A stretch of DNA of 64,000 nt, from the IMG/VR virus record IMGVR_UViG_3300027801_001493, positions 55,028-119,027 of that record. The stretch is one strand, 5' to 3'. The notes beneath the pieces are model-generated. The model made no database searches. It was not told the origin of the DNA and saw only the letters and a list, made by a program, of their open reading frames with translations. Source of the DNA: a virus. Positions 1 through 8,249 of this stretch are shown here, piece after piece (the first letter of the stretch is position 1; each line of letters starts with the position of its first letter). A program made the position numbers and the translations under genes.

Positions 1-475
1 AGCCTACTGGAGTCATTGCAAATATAACAAAGTCTCCATCTAACATTATTTCGACTTCTACAATCTTTTGTTCTAAGTTACCACATACTTGGATAACACC
101 ATTGCCATCTGTTAAGTGTTCTAATTCTACACGTTTGTTCTTTTCATCTCTTTGAACTACTCGTTTTGTTGTACCATCTTCTTGTGCAACTTGGTCGTAT
201 GCAAATCTTTCTGTGGTGTAATACCACTTACCTTGTGATAATGTTTTCTTGCCTGTTGCAGGTTTGCATGGAGTATTAGTAATAACTTTCCAGTCTACAT
301 CATTTAAGTTAATTGATTGTGGTAAAGGTGGTGCGTATATTTCTACTTCAACAGTTTCAGTAATTACTTTAACTGGAGGTAAAGGTTGGAAGCCAGTTGA
401 AGCACATGATGTCATAAGAAATGCTAGTGCTAGAATTGATGCTGTCTGTATTGTTTTTCTGTTTAAAATATCCAT
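1..475 (-). CDS. Lipoprotein, putative o-spanin (Rz1-like); runs off window edge
   Basis: Not in ORF track; read manually: MDILNRKTIQTASILALAFLMTSC (lipobox Cys) then Pro-rich ASTGFQPLPPVKV...APPLP; open to position 1. Confidence 0.55.
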   Translation of the reverse strand, partial: MDILNRKTIQTASILALAFLMTSCASTGFQPLPPVKVITETVEVEIYAPPLPQSINLNDVDWKVITNTPCKPATGKKTLSQGKWYYTTERFAYDQVAQEDGTTKRVVQRDEKNKRVELEHLTDGNGVIQVCGNLEQKIVEVEIMLDGDFVIFAMTPVG

Positions 476-615
476 TGTATAATAAGTGTTAGTAGCACTC
501 CTTTCGAAAATGCCATCCATAAGTATGTGTAGTCGTTAATATTGTATTTGTCTTGAAAATCTTCAACCGCGTCTTTGTGCCAGTCTATAATGTCGTTTAA
601 TGTTTCTTTAATCAT
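463..615 (-). CDS. 50-aa membrane protein
   Basis: Manual translation MIKETLNDIIDWHKD...YLWMAFSKGVLLTLIIQWIF; overlaps both neighbours and fills the gap exactly. Confidence 0.6.
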   Translation of the reverse strand: MIKETLNDIIDWHKDAVEDFQDKYNINDYTYLWMAFSKGVLLTLIIQWIF

Positions 616-1045
616 CTGCTCTCTCCACTTCATTTAAATTAGCAACTTCCTTGCTGTCTTGTTCTACTGCTCTAAATATACTACTAGTAGCATCATTGGC
701 TCTACTTTCAATCATGCCAGGTCTTAATCTAGACAGTTTAGTAAAGTTATGGTCACTGAATATCTTCTGAGCTTCTTTTGCCTGTCTTTCCCACTCATTG
801 GATTTAACTGTAAGGTCTCCAATTTGTGCTATTTGTTTGCTGTTACTCTCTTCTAAACCTCTAATAGTTGATTCGTTAATATCTGCCGCACTTTGTAACG
901 AAACGTTGTGTTGGTTAAGTACATTGATTTGAATTTGTTGTTCTTCTACTTGCTTTGTTAAGCCGTTAACTATAAACGTATGGGCTCCATAGGCAAATAA
1001 AAGTGCTATCCCTACAAAGGGTAATGATTTAATAAATGCTAACAT
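608..1045 (-). CDS. Putative i-spanin (N-terminal TM helix plus coiled coil)
   Basis: Hydrophobic N-terminus then Q/E/N-rich heptads; next to lipoprotein gene. Confidence 0.55.
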   Translation of the reverse strand: MLAFIKSLPFVGIALLFAYGAHTFIVNGLTKQVEEQQIQINVLNQHNVSLQSAADINESTIRGLEESNSKQIAQIGDLTVKSNEWERQAKEAQKIFSDHNFTKLSRLRPGMIESRANDATSSIFRAVEQDSKEVANLNEVERADD

Positions 1046-1797
1046 GGTTTTGCAACTAACACTTGGTCAGTAGCAGGATTGTGGAATACAATATGCTTAT
1101 TGATTGGAATGATGTTTAACTCTCCTCTCATGCTTTCTAATGTACTCACTAAAGTCTTATCCCAATCGTAATCTATTGCCGCTTCGGATATGCCTGCTTC
1201 TTCTAGTGTTACCTTTCCTTCTCCAAATTGTACAAATTCTAGTTGTAATTTATACTTATAGTCTCTAATTGTTAAGACGTTGTTTTCAAGAACACAATCT
1301 TTGATAAACGTATTGTTCAGAATAAAATCTTCTATTTCTACTATTTTCATATTCTCATCCGCTTTTGTTTTTTGTTCTTTTGTTTGGTAAGTCTCAGGTG
1401 ATTGCTTAATAAGTGTTTCGAGCATAGGATCACTTAGTGAAAGTTCTGAATCAGATAGTAAAGGTTTAACTTGCCAATCAAGGTTACCACTTACATTAAT
1501 AATATCTTTACAAAGGTTTCTTAAGCCTTCTATCATACCTTCTGTTCTGTCTACTTCAACAAACACCATATAAAGATTATCTTCATTTGGGTTTGGTGTT
1601 ACTTCAACATCTCTGTGTTCATGTATACTCTTTGAAATAAATTTTGCTAAATCGTCTCCAGCATTTTGTTCTGTTACATAAAATCCTATAACTGCAATGT
1701 CTTCTTTCTCTCCAGTCTTTGGTTCGAATTCATCTACACTAACTTTATTTGTAACTACACCTTGTAGGTCACCATGTTTTAATGCTTCTTTTATCAT
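1039..1797 (-). CDS. Hypothetical phage protein
   Basis: 252-aa ORF packed in operon. Confidence 0.7.
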   Translation of the reverse strand: MIKEALKHGDLQGVVTNKVSVDEFEPKTGEKEDIAVIGFYVTEQNAGDDLAKFISKSIHEHRDVEVTPNPNEDNLYMVFVEVDRTEGMIEGLRNLCKDIINVSGNLDWQVKPLLSDSELSLSDPMLETLIKQSPETYQTKEQKTKADENMKIVEIEDFILNNTFIKDCVLENNVLTIRDYKYKLQLEFVQFGEGKVTLEEAGISEAAIDYDWDKTLVSTLESMRGELNIIPINKHIVFHNPATDQVLVAKPC

Positions 1798-1799
1798 TA

Positions 1800-2144
1800 T
1801 TATTCTCCTGGATGATCTTTTTGATGTTCTTTCATGTGTTCATCAAACTCTGTCTGAATTTTTGATATTTCCTTTTGTAGGTATTCAATGTTTAAATCTT
1901 GTACAGCATCATCAGGTAACGCACCCAACTCACCTCTTGGCCATTTGATTCTAAACTCTGAATTAATCTCTACAGAATCTTGCATTCTAACTGTGTCTAA
2001 TTGTAATTGAGAAATCTCTCCAGTCAGTGTAAAATATACACCTGCTATAGACAATATAGTAATCAGTATTCCTACTAGACTTTTTATATCTATTGTTAGT
2101 TGACTCCTGTCGTTCAACGCTATTGGTTTGATGTCTTCACTCAT
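1800..2144 (-). CDS. Single-TM coiled-coil membrane protein
   Basis: SLVGILITILSIAGVYFTL helix followed by coiled coil. Confidence 0.65.
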   Translation of the reverse strand: MSEDIKPIALNDRSQLTIDIKSLVGILITILSIAGVYFTLTGEISQLQLDTVRMQDSVEINSEFRIKWPRGELGALPDDAVQDLNIEYLQKEISKIQTEFDEHMKEHQKDHPGE

Positions 2145-2701
2145 ACTAAAGGTGCCTCCGCTCCAGGTACAGCCATGTTAGGGTCTGGATTAACGTTAGG
2201 TTGTTCTAATGCTTGGTCCTGAGCACTTTGCATTGCTTCTAAATCAACATAACTATCTTCTGCCGCTTCTACTTGTTCTCTGCTAAACTCATCTACATAA
2301 CGTCTTGGCATTTTAATCTCAACTATCCAAATAGGATGGTCTTGTTTTTTTGCAACACGTCTTGGATTCATACCTCTAACTTTAACTTCTGTGTCCTCTA
2401 TGCTTTTGATAGGTCTCGAAGTAACTAATGTATCTTTGTACATTTTAACTTCACAGTCGTTTTCTTTTAAACGTAATAGCCCTTCTGGATCAGGCATTCC
2501 CTTATGCTTGTACATTAAAGCAACTTCTACAAAGTATCTACCTAACTTAGGGCCAGCAATTACTTCGCCTTGATCCCAATTCTTGTATGCATATAAGTCA
2601 AAGTTGTCAATTACACCTTCAAACTCGCATAACATATCTAAAAGAGTGTTAGTATCTGATATCTTTTTTACGTTATCGTTAATAATTTTAATAGTTTGCA
2701 T
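2141..2701 (-). CDS. Hypothetical phage protein
   Basis: 186-aa ORF, ATGA-type overlap, upstream TAAATA motif at about 2724. Confidence 0.7.
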   Translation of the reverse strand: MQTIKIINDNVKKISDTNTLLDMLCEFEGVIDNFDLYAYKNWDQGEVIAGPKLGRYFVEVALMYKHKGMPDPEGLLRLKENDCEVKMYKDTLVTSRPIKSIEDTEVKVRGMNPRRVAKKQDHPIWIVEIKMPRRYVDEFSREQVEAAEDSYVDLEAMQSAQDQALEQPNVNPDPNMAVPGAEAPLV

Positions 2702-2916
2702 TTTATATATTTCCTAATTACATGTATTTATGCAAAAAAGATAAACTCCAGCCGTTTTTTAAAACAGGTGTTTAACATTTTACACCTGATGCTAAATATT
2801 TTATGTATTATGATAATCAACCATATAAAAAGTTGTCGACAAACATTACATCCAACATATACCGTGATGGGGCAATCCATTTACGGTTTTTTTATGGCTC
2901 AACCAAGGAGACTATT

Positions 2917-3663
2917 ATGTCAAGAAGTAAAAGAAAAGACAAGAAGTTTAAAACTAGATTCAAGGAGAACGCACATTTGAAAATAATCGCAGGCGGTCAA
3001 GTCGAGACTATAAAACGACAAACCAAAGTAAACATAGTTCCACGTAACTTTAAACAAGACGATTTATTAGGATTGTTATCCGATTCCACCAAACCCATTG
3101 TATTCGCTACAGGACCAGCAGGAACTGGTAAGACCATTGTGAGTACATTATATGCTATCAAGCAATTCAGGGAAGGGAAGTGTGATAAGATAATAATTAC
3201 GAGACCAGCAGTAAGTGTAGATGAGCAACACGGATTCTTGCCCGGTACATTAGTGGAGAAGATGGCTCCATGGACACGCCCTATAATGGATGTGTTCGAA
3301 GAATTCTATCACCCCAAAGAGATTGAATATCTTGTTGAGGAGAACAAGGTAGAAATAGCACCGTTGGCATACATGAGAGGTAGAACATTTAAAAATGCTA
3401 TCATACTTGCAGATGAAATGCAGAATGCTACAAAAGAGCAGATCAAAATGTTATTAACAAGGATAGGAGATAATAGTAAACTTATTGTTAATGGCGATTT
3501 GAATCAGCACGATAGAGGTTATGAGACCAACGGCTTAAAGGACTTTCTGGCTAGGTTAAAGGAAAGTAGTTCTAGTATGATGGGTTTAATTGAGTTTGAC
3601 CACAATCAAATTGAAAGGCACCCGGCAGTTAGTGAGGTACTTAGGATTTATCAATCCGAGTAA
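2917..3663 (+). CDS. phoH: PhoH-family ATPase
   Basis: GPAGTGKT Walker A, RGRTF, ADEMQN, GDLNQHD motifs; AGGAG SD places start at 2917. Confidence 0.95.
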   Translation: MSRSKRKDKKFKTRFKENAHLKIIAGGQVETIKRQTKVNIVPRNFKQDDLLGLLSDSTKPIVFATGPAGTGKTIVSTLYAIKQFREGKCDKIIITRPAVSVDEQHGFLPGTLVEKMAPWTRPIMDVFEEFYHPKEIEYLVEENKVEIAPLAYMRGRTFKNAIILADEMQNATKEQIKMLLTRIGDNSKLIVNGDLNQHDRGYETNGLKDFLARLKESSSSMMGLIEFDHNQIERHPAVSEVLRIYQSE

Positions 3664-3853
3664 GTAACTCTCTTAACACGTTCTGACACAGTTCACCGAA
3701 TTGGGAGTCTTGTATATCATATAAGTCTCTCATTCGGTCTACTGCACTTTGTACAGCTCTTAACGGATCTGGATTTCCACCAACAACATGTTTCCAAACA
3801 AACCCACCTGGCTTAAACTCTGGTTCTTTTAAAATTTCTTGAACATTGTCCAA
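3641..3853 (-). CDS. Hypothetical protein
   Basis: 70-aa ORF following 3855..4373, convergent with phoH. Confidence 0.55.
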   Translation of the reverse strand: MDNVQEILKEPEFKPGGFVWKHVVGGNPDPLRAVQSAVDRMRDLYDIQDSQFGELCQNVLRELLTRIDKS

Positions 3854-3854
3854 T

Positions 3855-4373
3855 TTAATTTAATACTGATGCAATATAATGATTACCATCACCTTGGTCA
3901 ATCAATGGAGTAATCTCTAAGTTAAGTTCTCCAATTGCTTCGCGTATCTGGTCTGTGTTGTAATCTACTGTAATTATTCTGCCTGGTCTTCTTAATAAGC
4001 CTGACAGTTCATACATTGTTCTGTTTAATATTTCCTGGTATTCTGCATCCTGCATATCACCTTCTGTAGGTACAACAAACGGTAAACTACAAAATATAAG
4101 ATCTGTTTTGTGCGTTAGGTCGTCCCAGCCCTCTGGACTTAACACATTATGTGAAATAGTTATATCCTTATATTCAGCATAATCTTCCCATTTTGCTTGG
4201 AATATTTGTTGTCTGAAATCTTCAATAATTGTAACTTTTTTACCTAGGTCTAAATATTTTTTTGCAAGGGCACCGTTGCCTCTGCCAAACTCTACTAGAG
4301 TGATGTCTGTTGCATCCTCCATATAGATGTCTAAAATGTTGATTATACTGGATTCATAGTTTTCGATTAGCAT
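3855..4373 (-). CDS. Class I SAM-dependent methyltransferase-like protein
   Basis: LVEFGRGNG motif I; DLIFCSLPF motif IV-like. Confidence 0.55.
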   Translation of the reverse strand: MLIENYESSIINILDIYMEDATDITLVEFGRGNGALAKKYLDLGKKVTIIEDFRQQIFQAKWEDYAEYKDITISHNVLSPEGWDDLTHKTDLIFCSLPFVVPTEGDMQDAEYQEILNRTMYELSGLLRRPGRIITVDYNTDQIREAIGELNLEITPLIDQGDGNHYIASVLN

Positions 4374-4487
4374 TTATTGTCCCTCATTAATGCATGTATT
4401 TAACTTAACTACTCACTTATCTTCTCTAGAATTGGTTTAAATAATATTGCTGGTTATAATTGTAACTGGCATTTAAGGGAGAATAAA

Positions 4488-4721
4488 ATGGATATACTTA
4501 AAAAGATTAGCGATTGGGCTAATAGTTTAACACAAACAGGTTTATCCTTACTAGCACTAGGTGTAGTATTAGAAGTACTATTCAACGGAGTCGGAATTCC
4601 ATTCTGGCCCGACATTAGTGTAGTCGGAAATATAATGGGCATACTGAAAGGACTATCCTCAGAAGGATTGCTTGGTCTCGTAGGCGTTGCTGTTTTATAT
4701 CATCTCTTTACCCGTAAGTAG
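4488..4721 (+). CDS. Small two-TM membrane protein
   Basis: Two hydrophobic helices; AAGGGAG SD. Confidence 0.7.
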   Translation: MDILKKISDWANSLTQTGLSLLALGVVLEVLFNGVGIPFWPDISVVGNIMGILKGLSSEGLLGLVGVAVLYHLFTRK

Positions 4722-4740
4722 GTGAAGTAGGTAAAACTTT

Positions 4741-4768
4741 GAAAGGGTCATAATGGCCCTTTCATTTT
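4741..4768 (+). terminator. Intrinsic terminator
   Basis: GAAAGGGTC-ATAAT-GGCCCTTTC then ATTTT. Confidence 0.7.
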
Positions 4769-4821
4769 ATAATACATACAACACAGACTTCCTTAAATTA
4801 TAACTGCTTAAAGGGGTAACT

Positions 4822-5025
4822 ATGTCTAAGCATAACAGGAAGGTAAGTGCCTTCAAAACATTAACGTGGCGTATTGTCGCATCAACTGATACATTCTTAA
4901 TCGGGTGGCTTATATCTGGTAGTACAAGTATTGGATTAAGTATAGCAAGTATCGAAGTAGTAACCAAATTAGTTCTATACTATTGGCATGAAAGACTCTG
5001 GGAGAATCACGCCAGAAAGATTTAG
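4822..5025 (+). CDS. DUF2061-like membrane protein
   Basis: S..KTLTWRIVAS.DT...YYWHERLW pattern. Confidence 0.75.
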   Translation: MSKHNRKVSAFKTLTWRIVASTDTFLIGWLISGSTSIGLSIASIEVVTKLVLYYWHERLWENHARKI

Positions 5026-5031
5026 GTTATA

Positions 5032-5101
5032 GGAGTGTAAAGCATTACGGAAGTGCAAGTGTCATAGGCATAGCGGTTGGGTTCGACTCCCAATACACTC
5101 C
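5032..5101 (+). tRNA. tRNA-like element with non-canonical short anticodon arm (pseudo-tRNA or mimic)
   Basis: Acceptor GGAGTGTA/TACACTCC, D-arm GCAT-TACGGAA-GTGC, T-arm TTGGG-TTCGACT-CCCAA; only 14 nt in anticodon arm; no encoded CCA. Confidence 0.5.
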
Positions 5102-5103
5102 TA

Positions 5104-6126
5104 CTAACTTATAACGTCATCAAATATGTCTTGAAAGTCTTGTGCTGTAAATGGAACAGGATGACTGATGTATGCACTATCTCTTACAGCCTGAGCTATA
5201 AATCTATCTTGATGTTGTTTTCTATATCTGGATATCAAATCCCATTCAAGAATATACTGTCCGTATACTGCTAACACTTGTTGAATCGGTGTGTGCTGAT
5301 ATGCATCAACATCTTTCTCTAAAGTCTTTGCAATGACATATGGAGCAAATAGTGTGTTAAGTTCTCCATGTGATAAATCTGTGTTGTTAGCAATAGCATA
5401 CGTGATAGTATGTATGTGTCCTAGTCCACAGTCCATTGCCTTGCTACCTAGCAATCCTACAATAGCCATATCCTCACGCCATTTATAGTTTATTTCGTAT
5501 GCCGGTAAATGTTTTATTGCTAGTTGTATACCATACAATGCACTACCCTCTGCTATAGGGTTCCTTAGACTGCTTACAGCTCCTTCTAAGCAATGGGTCA
5601 TGGCGTCTAGGGCAATTACCTCACTTATTCTTTTAGGTAAAGTTAATGCCAACGTAGGGTCTACGATGATAACATCTGGCTGTACACCTATATCATACAC
5701 ACTTTTCTTAGTATGGTCTGGTCTTACAATCATAAAACCTTTTGTAAGTTCTGTGCCAGCATAAGTTGTGGGTACGAGTATTAAGTTAGGTCTATTGGTC
5801 AAGTTGAAGTATACTACTGCTTTGGCTAAGTCTATTACACTACCGCCACCTATACCAATAATAGTATCTGCTTCACTTTGTTTGAATGCCTCTATGGCTT
5901 GATTAACACTTTCCTCACTTGGGTCTACAAATGAGTCTACATACATTACAGCATTACCAAAACGTGCATTGTCTATAACATGGTTAAGTTTGTCTTGGTC
6001 TAAACTGCTTGTAGCAATTACAAATACCTTAGACATATTAAATTCATCTCTAAGGTCTTTAAGAAAGATACTGAATGCATCCTTCTCTATAATTATGTCT
6101 ACATTCTGTTCTTTAAATCTCGCCAT
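5104..6126 (-). CDS. Iron-containing alcohol dehydrogenase family
   Basis: GIGGGSVIDLAK, PTT.AGTE, DAMTHCLE, GHIH and HG metal ligands. Confidence 0.85.
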   Translation of the reverse strand: MARFKEQNVDIIIEKDAFSIFLKDLRDEFNMSKVFVIATSSLDQDKLNHVIDNARFGNAVMYVDSFVDPSEESVNQAIEAFKQSEADTIIGIGGGSVIDLAKAVVYFNLTNRPNLILVPTTYAGTELTKGFMIVRPDHTKKSVYDIGVQPDVIIVDPTLALTLPKRISEVIALDAMTHCLEGAVSSLRNPIAEGSALYGIQLAIKHLPAYEINYKWREDMAIVGLLGSKAMDCGLGHIHTITYAIANNTDLSHGELNTLFAPYVIAKTLEKDVDAYQHTPIQQVLAVYGQYILEWDLISRYRKQHQDRFIAQAVRDSAYISHPVPFTAQDFQDIFDDVIS

Positions 6127-6721
6127 TTTTCTGCAGAGCAATCATAAAGTGGTCTTCTTCAAGATCCGGTCTATCCCAATTTGTGTTAAAGTATTTTTCT
6201 GTGCTACAGCCTTTTGCTTTTACCCAACCGTCTACACTACGTCTGATGTTTGCTTTGTTATAGTCTGGTATAAGCATTACTCCGCCTTCTTCTAATGCCC
6301 ACCACCATAACTTAACTGTTTCTGATACAACCATTTCAACTGTGTTTGGACTTTGCTCTAGTCTCCAAGGCAAATTTACATACAATAAATCATATGGACC
6401 ATCGTCCTCTATTTGTTTTTGATTTACTTCTAAAGGAGTTGTGTTGTTAAACTGTACACCATCGAGTGATATATCTCTAACTTTTAAATGCTCATGTAAG
6501 TCTAGTTTATGTTGGGCACCTTGTGGGTGTAAGTCAAATACATCATGTAAATGTATTTTAACTTCTGTCATTGCCCTAATCTTTTCTACAGTACTTGCTT
6601 TAGTCTGCATGAACTCGTTGATTAATATTTGGCTTTCGCTTAATGCACAATAATTCATGAGGACCATATAACTGTCCGTACCTAACATTCTGTTTAGGTC
6701 TTTCTCCTCAAGTAGGTGCAT
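6113..6721 (-). CDS. Hypothetical, weak methyltransferase-like C-terminus
   Basis: YDLLYVNLPW and LEEGGVMLI resemble class I MTase strands; no clear motif I. Confidence 0.45.
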   Translation of the reverse strand: MHLLEEKDLNRMLGTDSYMVLMNYCALSESQILINEFMQTKASTVEKIRAMTEVKIHLHDVFDLHPQGAQHKLDLHEHLKVRDISLDGVQFNNTTPLEVNQKQIEDDGPYDLLYVNLPWRLEQSPNTVEMVVSETVKLWWWALEEGGVMLIPDYNKANIRRSVDGWVKAKGCSTEKYFNTNWDRPDLEEDHFMIALQKNGEI

Positions 6722-6975
6722 TAATATTTCTTCAGTATCTGGAAGTCAAAGGGTTTAACTGTTTTAATCTCTAGAGGATTATCGTTGATATCAACACCTA
6801 CAATATGTGTTGCAGTTTTCTTTGATATACTCTTTAAGTCAAATACCTTTTTCTTTCTAGTTGTAGTTTGAGTGCCATCTTCTACTTTAGTAATGACCTC
6901 ATCTTCAAACCATACTGTTAGTTCGTAGTGTTCGACCCATAAGCCGTGCCACCAGTCTTTTATACGTTCTAACAT
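6721..6975 (-). CDS. Hypothetical protein
   Basis: 84-aa ORF coupled to clamp loader gene. Confidence 0.65.
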   Translation of the reverse strand: MLERIKDWWHGLWVEHYELTVWFEDEVITKVEDGTQTTTRKKKVFDLKSISKKTATHIVGVDINDNPLEIKTVKPFDFQILKKY

Positions 6976-6983
6976 TCTATCTC

Positions 6984-7907
6984 CTATATGCTATTCATTT
7001 CCAGTTCAACAAGTGTAGCGGCTAAATTAATTTCTGGATCTGCCACTGCTACACTTTTAGCAATACCATTACGGATGATAACTATTGCTTGGTCTTGTTT
7101 CATATCTGTGTCACCCCACAGATTAAGGTTGCGGTACATAAACTTGTACACTTCTTCATATTCTTCAGGTCTTGCCTGTCCAACAATCATTCCTCTTGCT
7201 TCTTTGTATTTACCTGCTTTAAACAACTCTACAGCACTGAGCATCCAATCCGATGTATTACCATCACCAGCCTGTGGTTTCTGGAGTACGCCATCAAGTA
7301 CATTCTGCTGAGTAAGATTAATTGCTTTACGCAAGTCTGGGTATGTTGCTTGTACATAAGTGTCTAGTGTTTCTAAATCTACTTCAACACCTTCTTCAAT
7401 ACAGATAGTTGCAATACGAGCCGTGAACTCGTTGGTGTCTAGTTTCTCAATATGAAAACCCTGGCACCTACTATGAAGTGCCGGGATAATCCTTTGTGGG
7501 TAGTTACAAGTTAATATGAATCTACAACTTGTGTGATAAGTTTCCATAACGCCACGTAGAGCCGCCTGTCCATTAGGAGTAATATAGTCTGCTTCATCTA
7601 GTAATACATACTTCATATCACCAAACGGCATTGTGCTACTAAAATTAGTAATCTTACTCCTAATAATGTCTACGCTATTTTCATTAGATGCATTAATCTC
7701 TAGTATGTCCATACTATCAACATCTAATTCTTGCAATAACACTTTTGCAAGTGTTGTCTTTCCTGTGCCAGGGGCTCCGCTGAATAGTAAATGAGGTAAT
7801 GCCCCATCTTCTTTCCAACCGTTCACTTGTCTGCGTTGTTGGTCATCTCTAAACACATAGGTGTCTATGCTACTAGGACGATACTTTTCTACCCACAATT
7901 CTTTCAT
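6984..7907 (-). CDS. Clamp loader small subunit (RFC/gp44-like AAA+)
   Basis: LWVEKYRP, GAPGTGKTT, LDEAD, SRC motifs. Confidence 0.92.
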   Translation of the reverse strand: MKELWVEKYRPSSIDTYVFRDDQQRRQVNGWKEDGALPHLLFSGAPGTGKTTLAKVLLQELDVDSMDILEINASNENSVDIIRSKITNFSSTMPFGDMKYVLLDEADYITPNGQAALRGVMETYHTSCRFILTCNYPQRIIPALHSRCQGFHIEKLDTNEFTARIATICIEEGVEVDLETLDTYVQATYPDLRKAINLTQQNVLDGVLQKPQAGDGNTSDWMLSAVELFKAGKYKEARGMIVGQARPEEYEEVYKFMYRNLNLWGDTDMKQDQAIVIIRNGIAKSVAVADPEINLAATLVELEMNSI

Positions 7908-7910
7908 TAA

Positions 7911-8159
7911 TTATATTCCAGTGTTTAGTATAGTTATTGTTTCTACATCATTGTATTCACCATTTTCGGTAAACGAACGTGTAGTTGTAATTCTTTTAAC
8001 CATGCCAGTAGGAAGATTTTCCATACTAATAAGTTTTTGCTCCATTAGTCCAGTTCTTGGTTGCTCAAATACAAGGTCATTCTTGTAGTCTGAGATAATT
8101 CTTGCAGACTTAGTATAAGTCCCTTTAGTTTTATAATCAGTTGTCATGTACTTCTCCAT
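7911..8159 (-). CDS. Hypothetical protein
   Basis: Start revised to MEKYMTT, downstream of sigma70 promoter at 8172-8200. Confidence 0.6.
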   Translation of the reverse strand: MEKYMTTDYKTKGTYTKSARIISDYKNDLVFEQPRTGLMEQKLISMENLPTGMVKRITTTRSFTENGEYNDVETITILNTGI

Positions 8160-8171
8160 TATTATGTTTTC

Positions 8172-8200
8172 ATTATACATGAATGTAACTAGGAAGTCAA
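8172..8200 (-). promoter_or_regulatory. sigma70-type promoter
   Basis: TTGACT-N17-TATAAT. Confidence 0.75.
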
Positions 8201-8249
8201 GCACTTTTTTGATAAATAATACTGAACGCATGACTGTAGGAGTTAATAA

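Noticed and set aside
249-482. Plus-strand 77-aa ORF
   Set aside because: Antisense shadow of the minus-strand lipoprotein gene.
2803-2916. 38-aa N-terminal extension of PhoH
   Set aside because: A strong AGGAG SD precedes ATG 2917, and the extension overlaps a promoter motif and hairpin.
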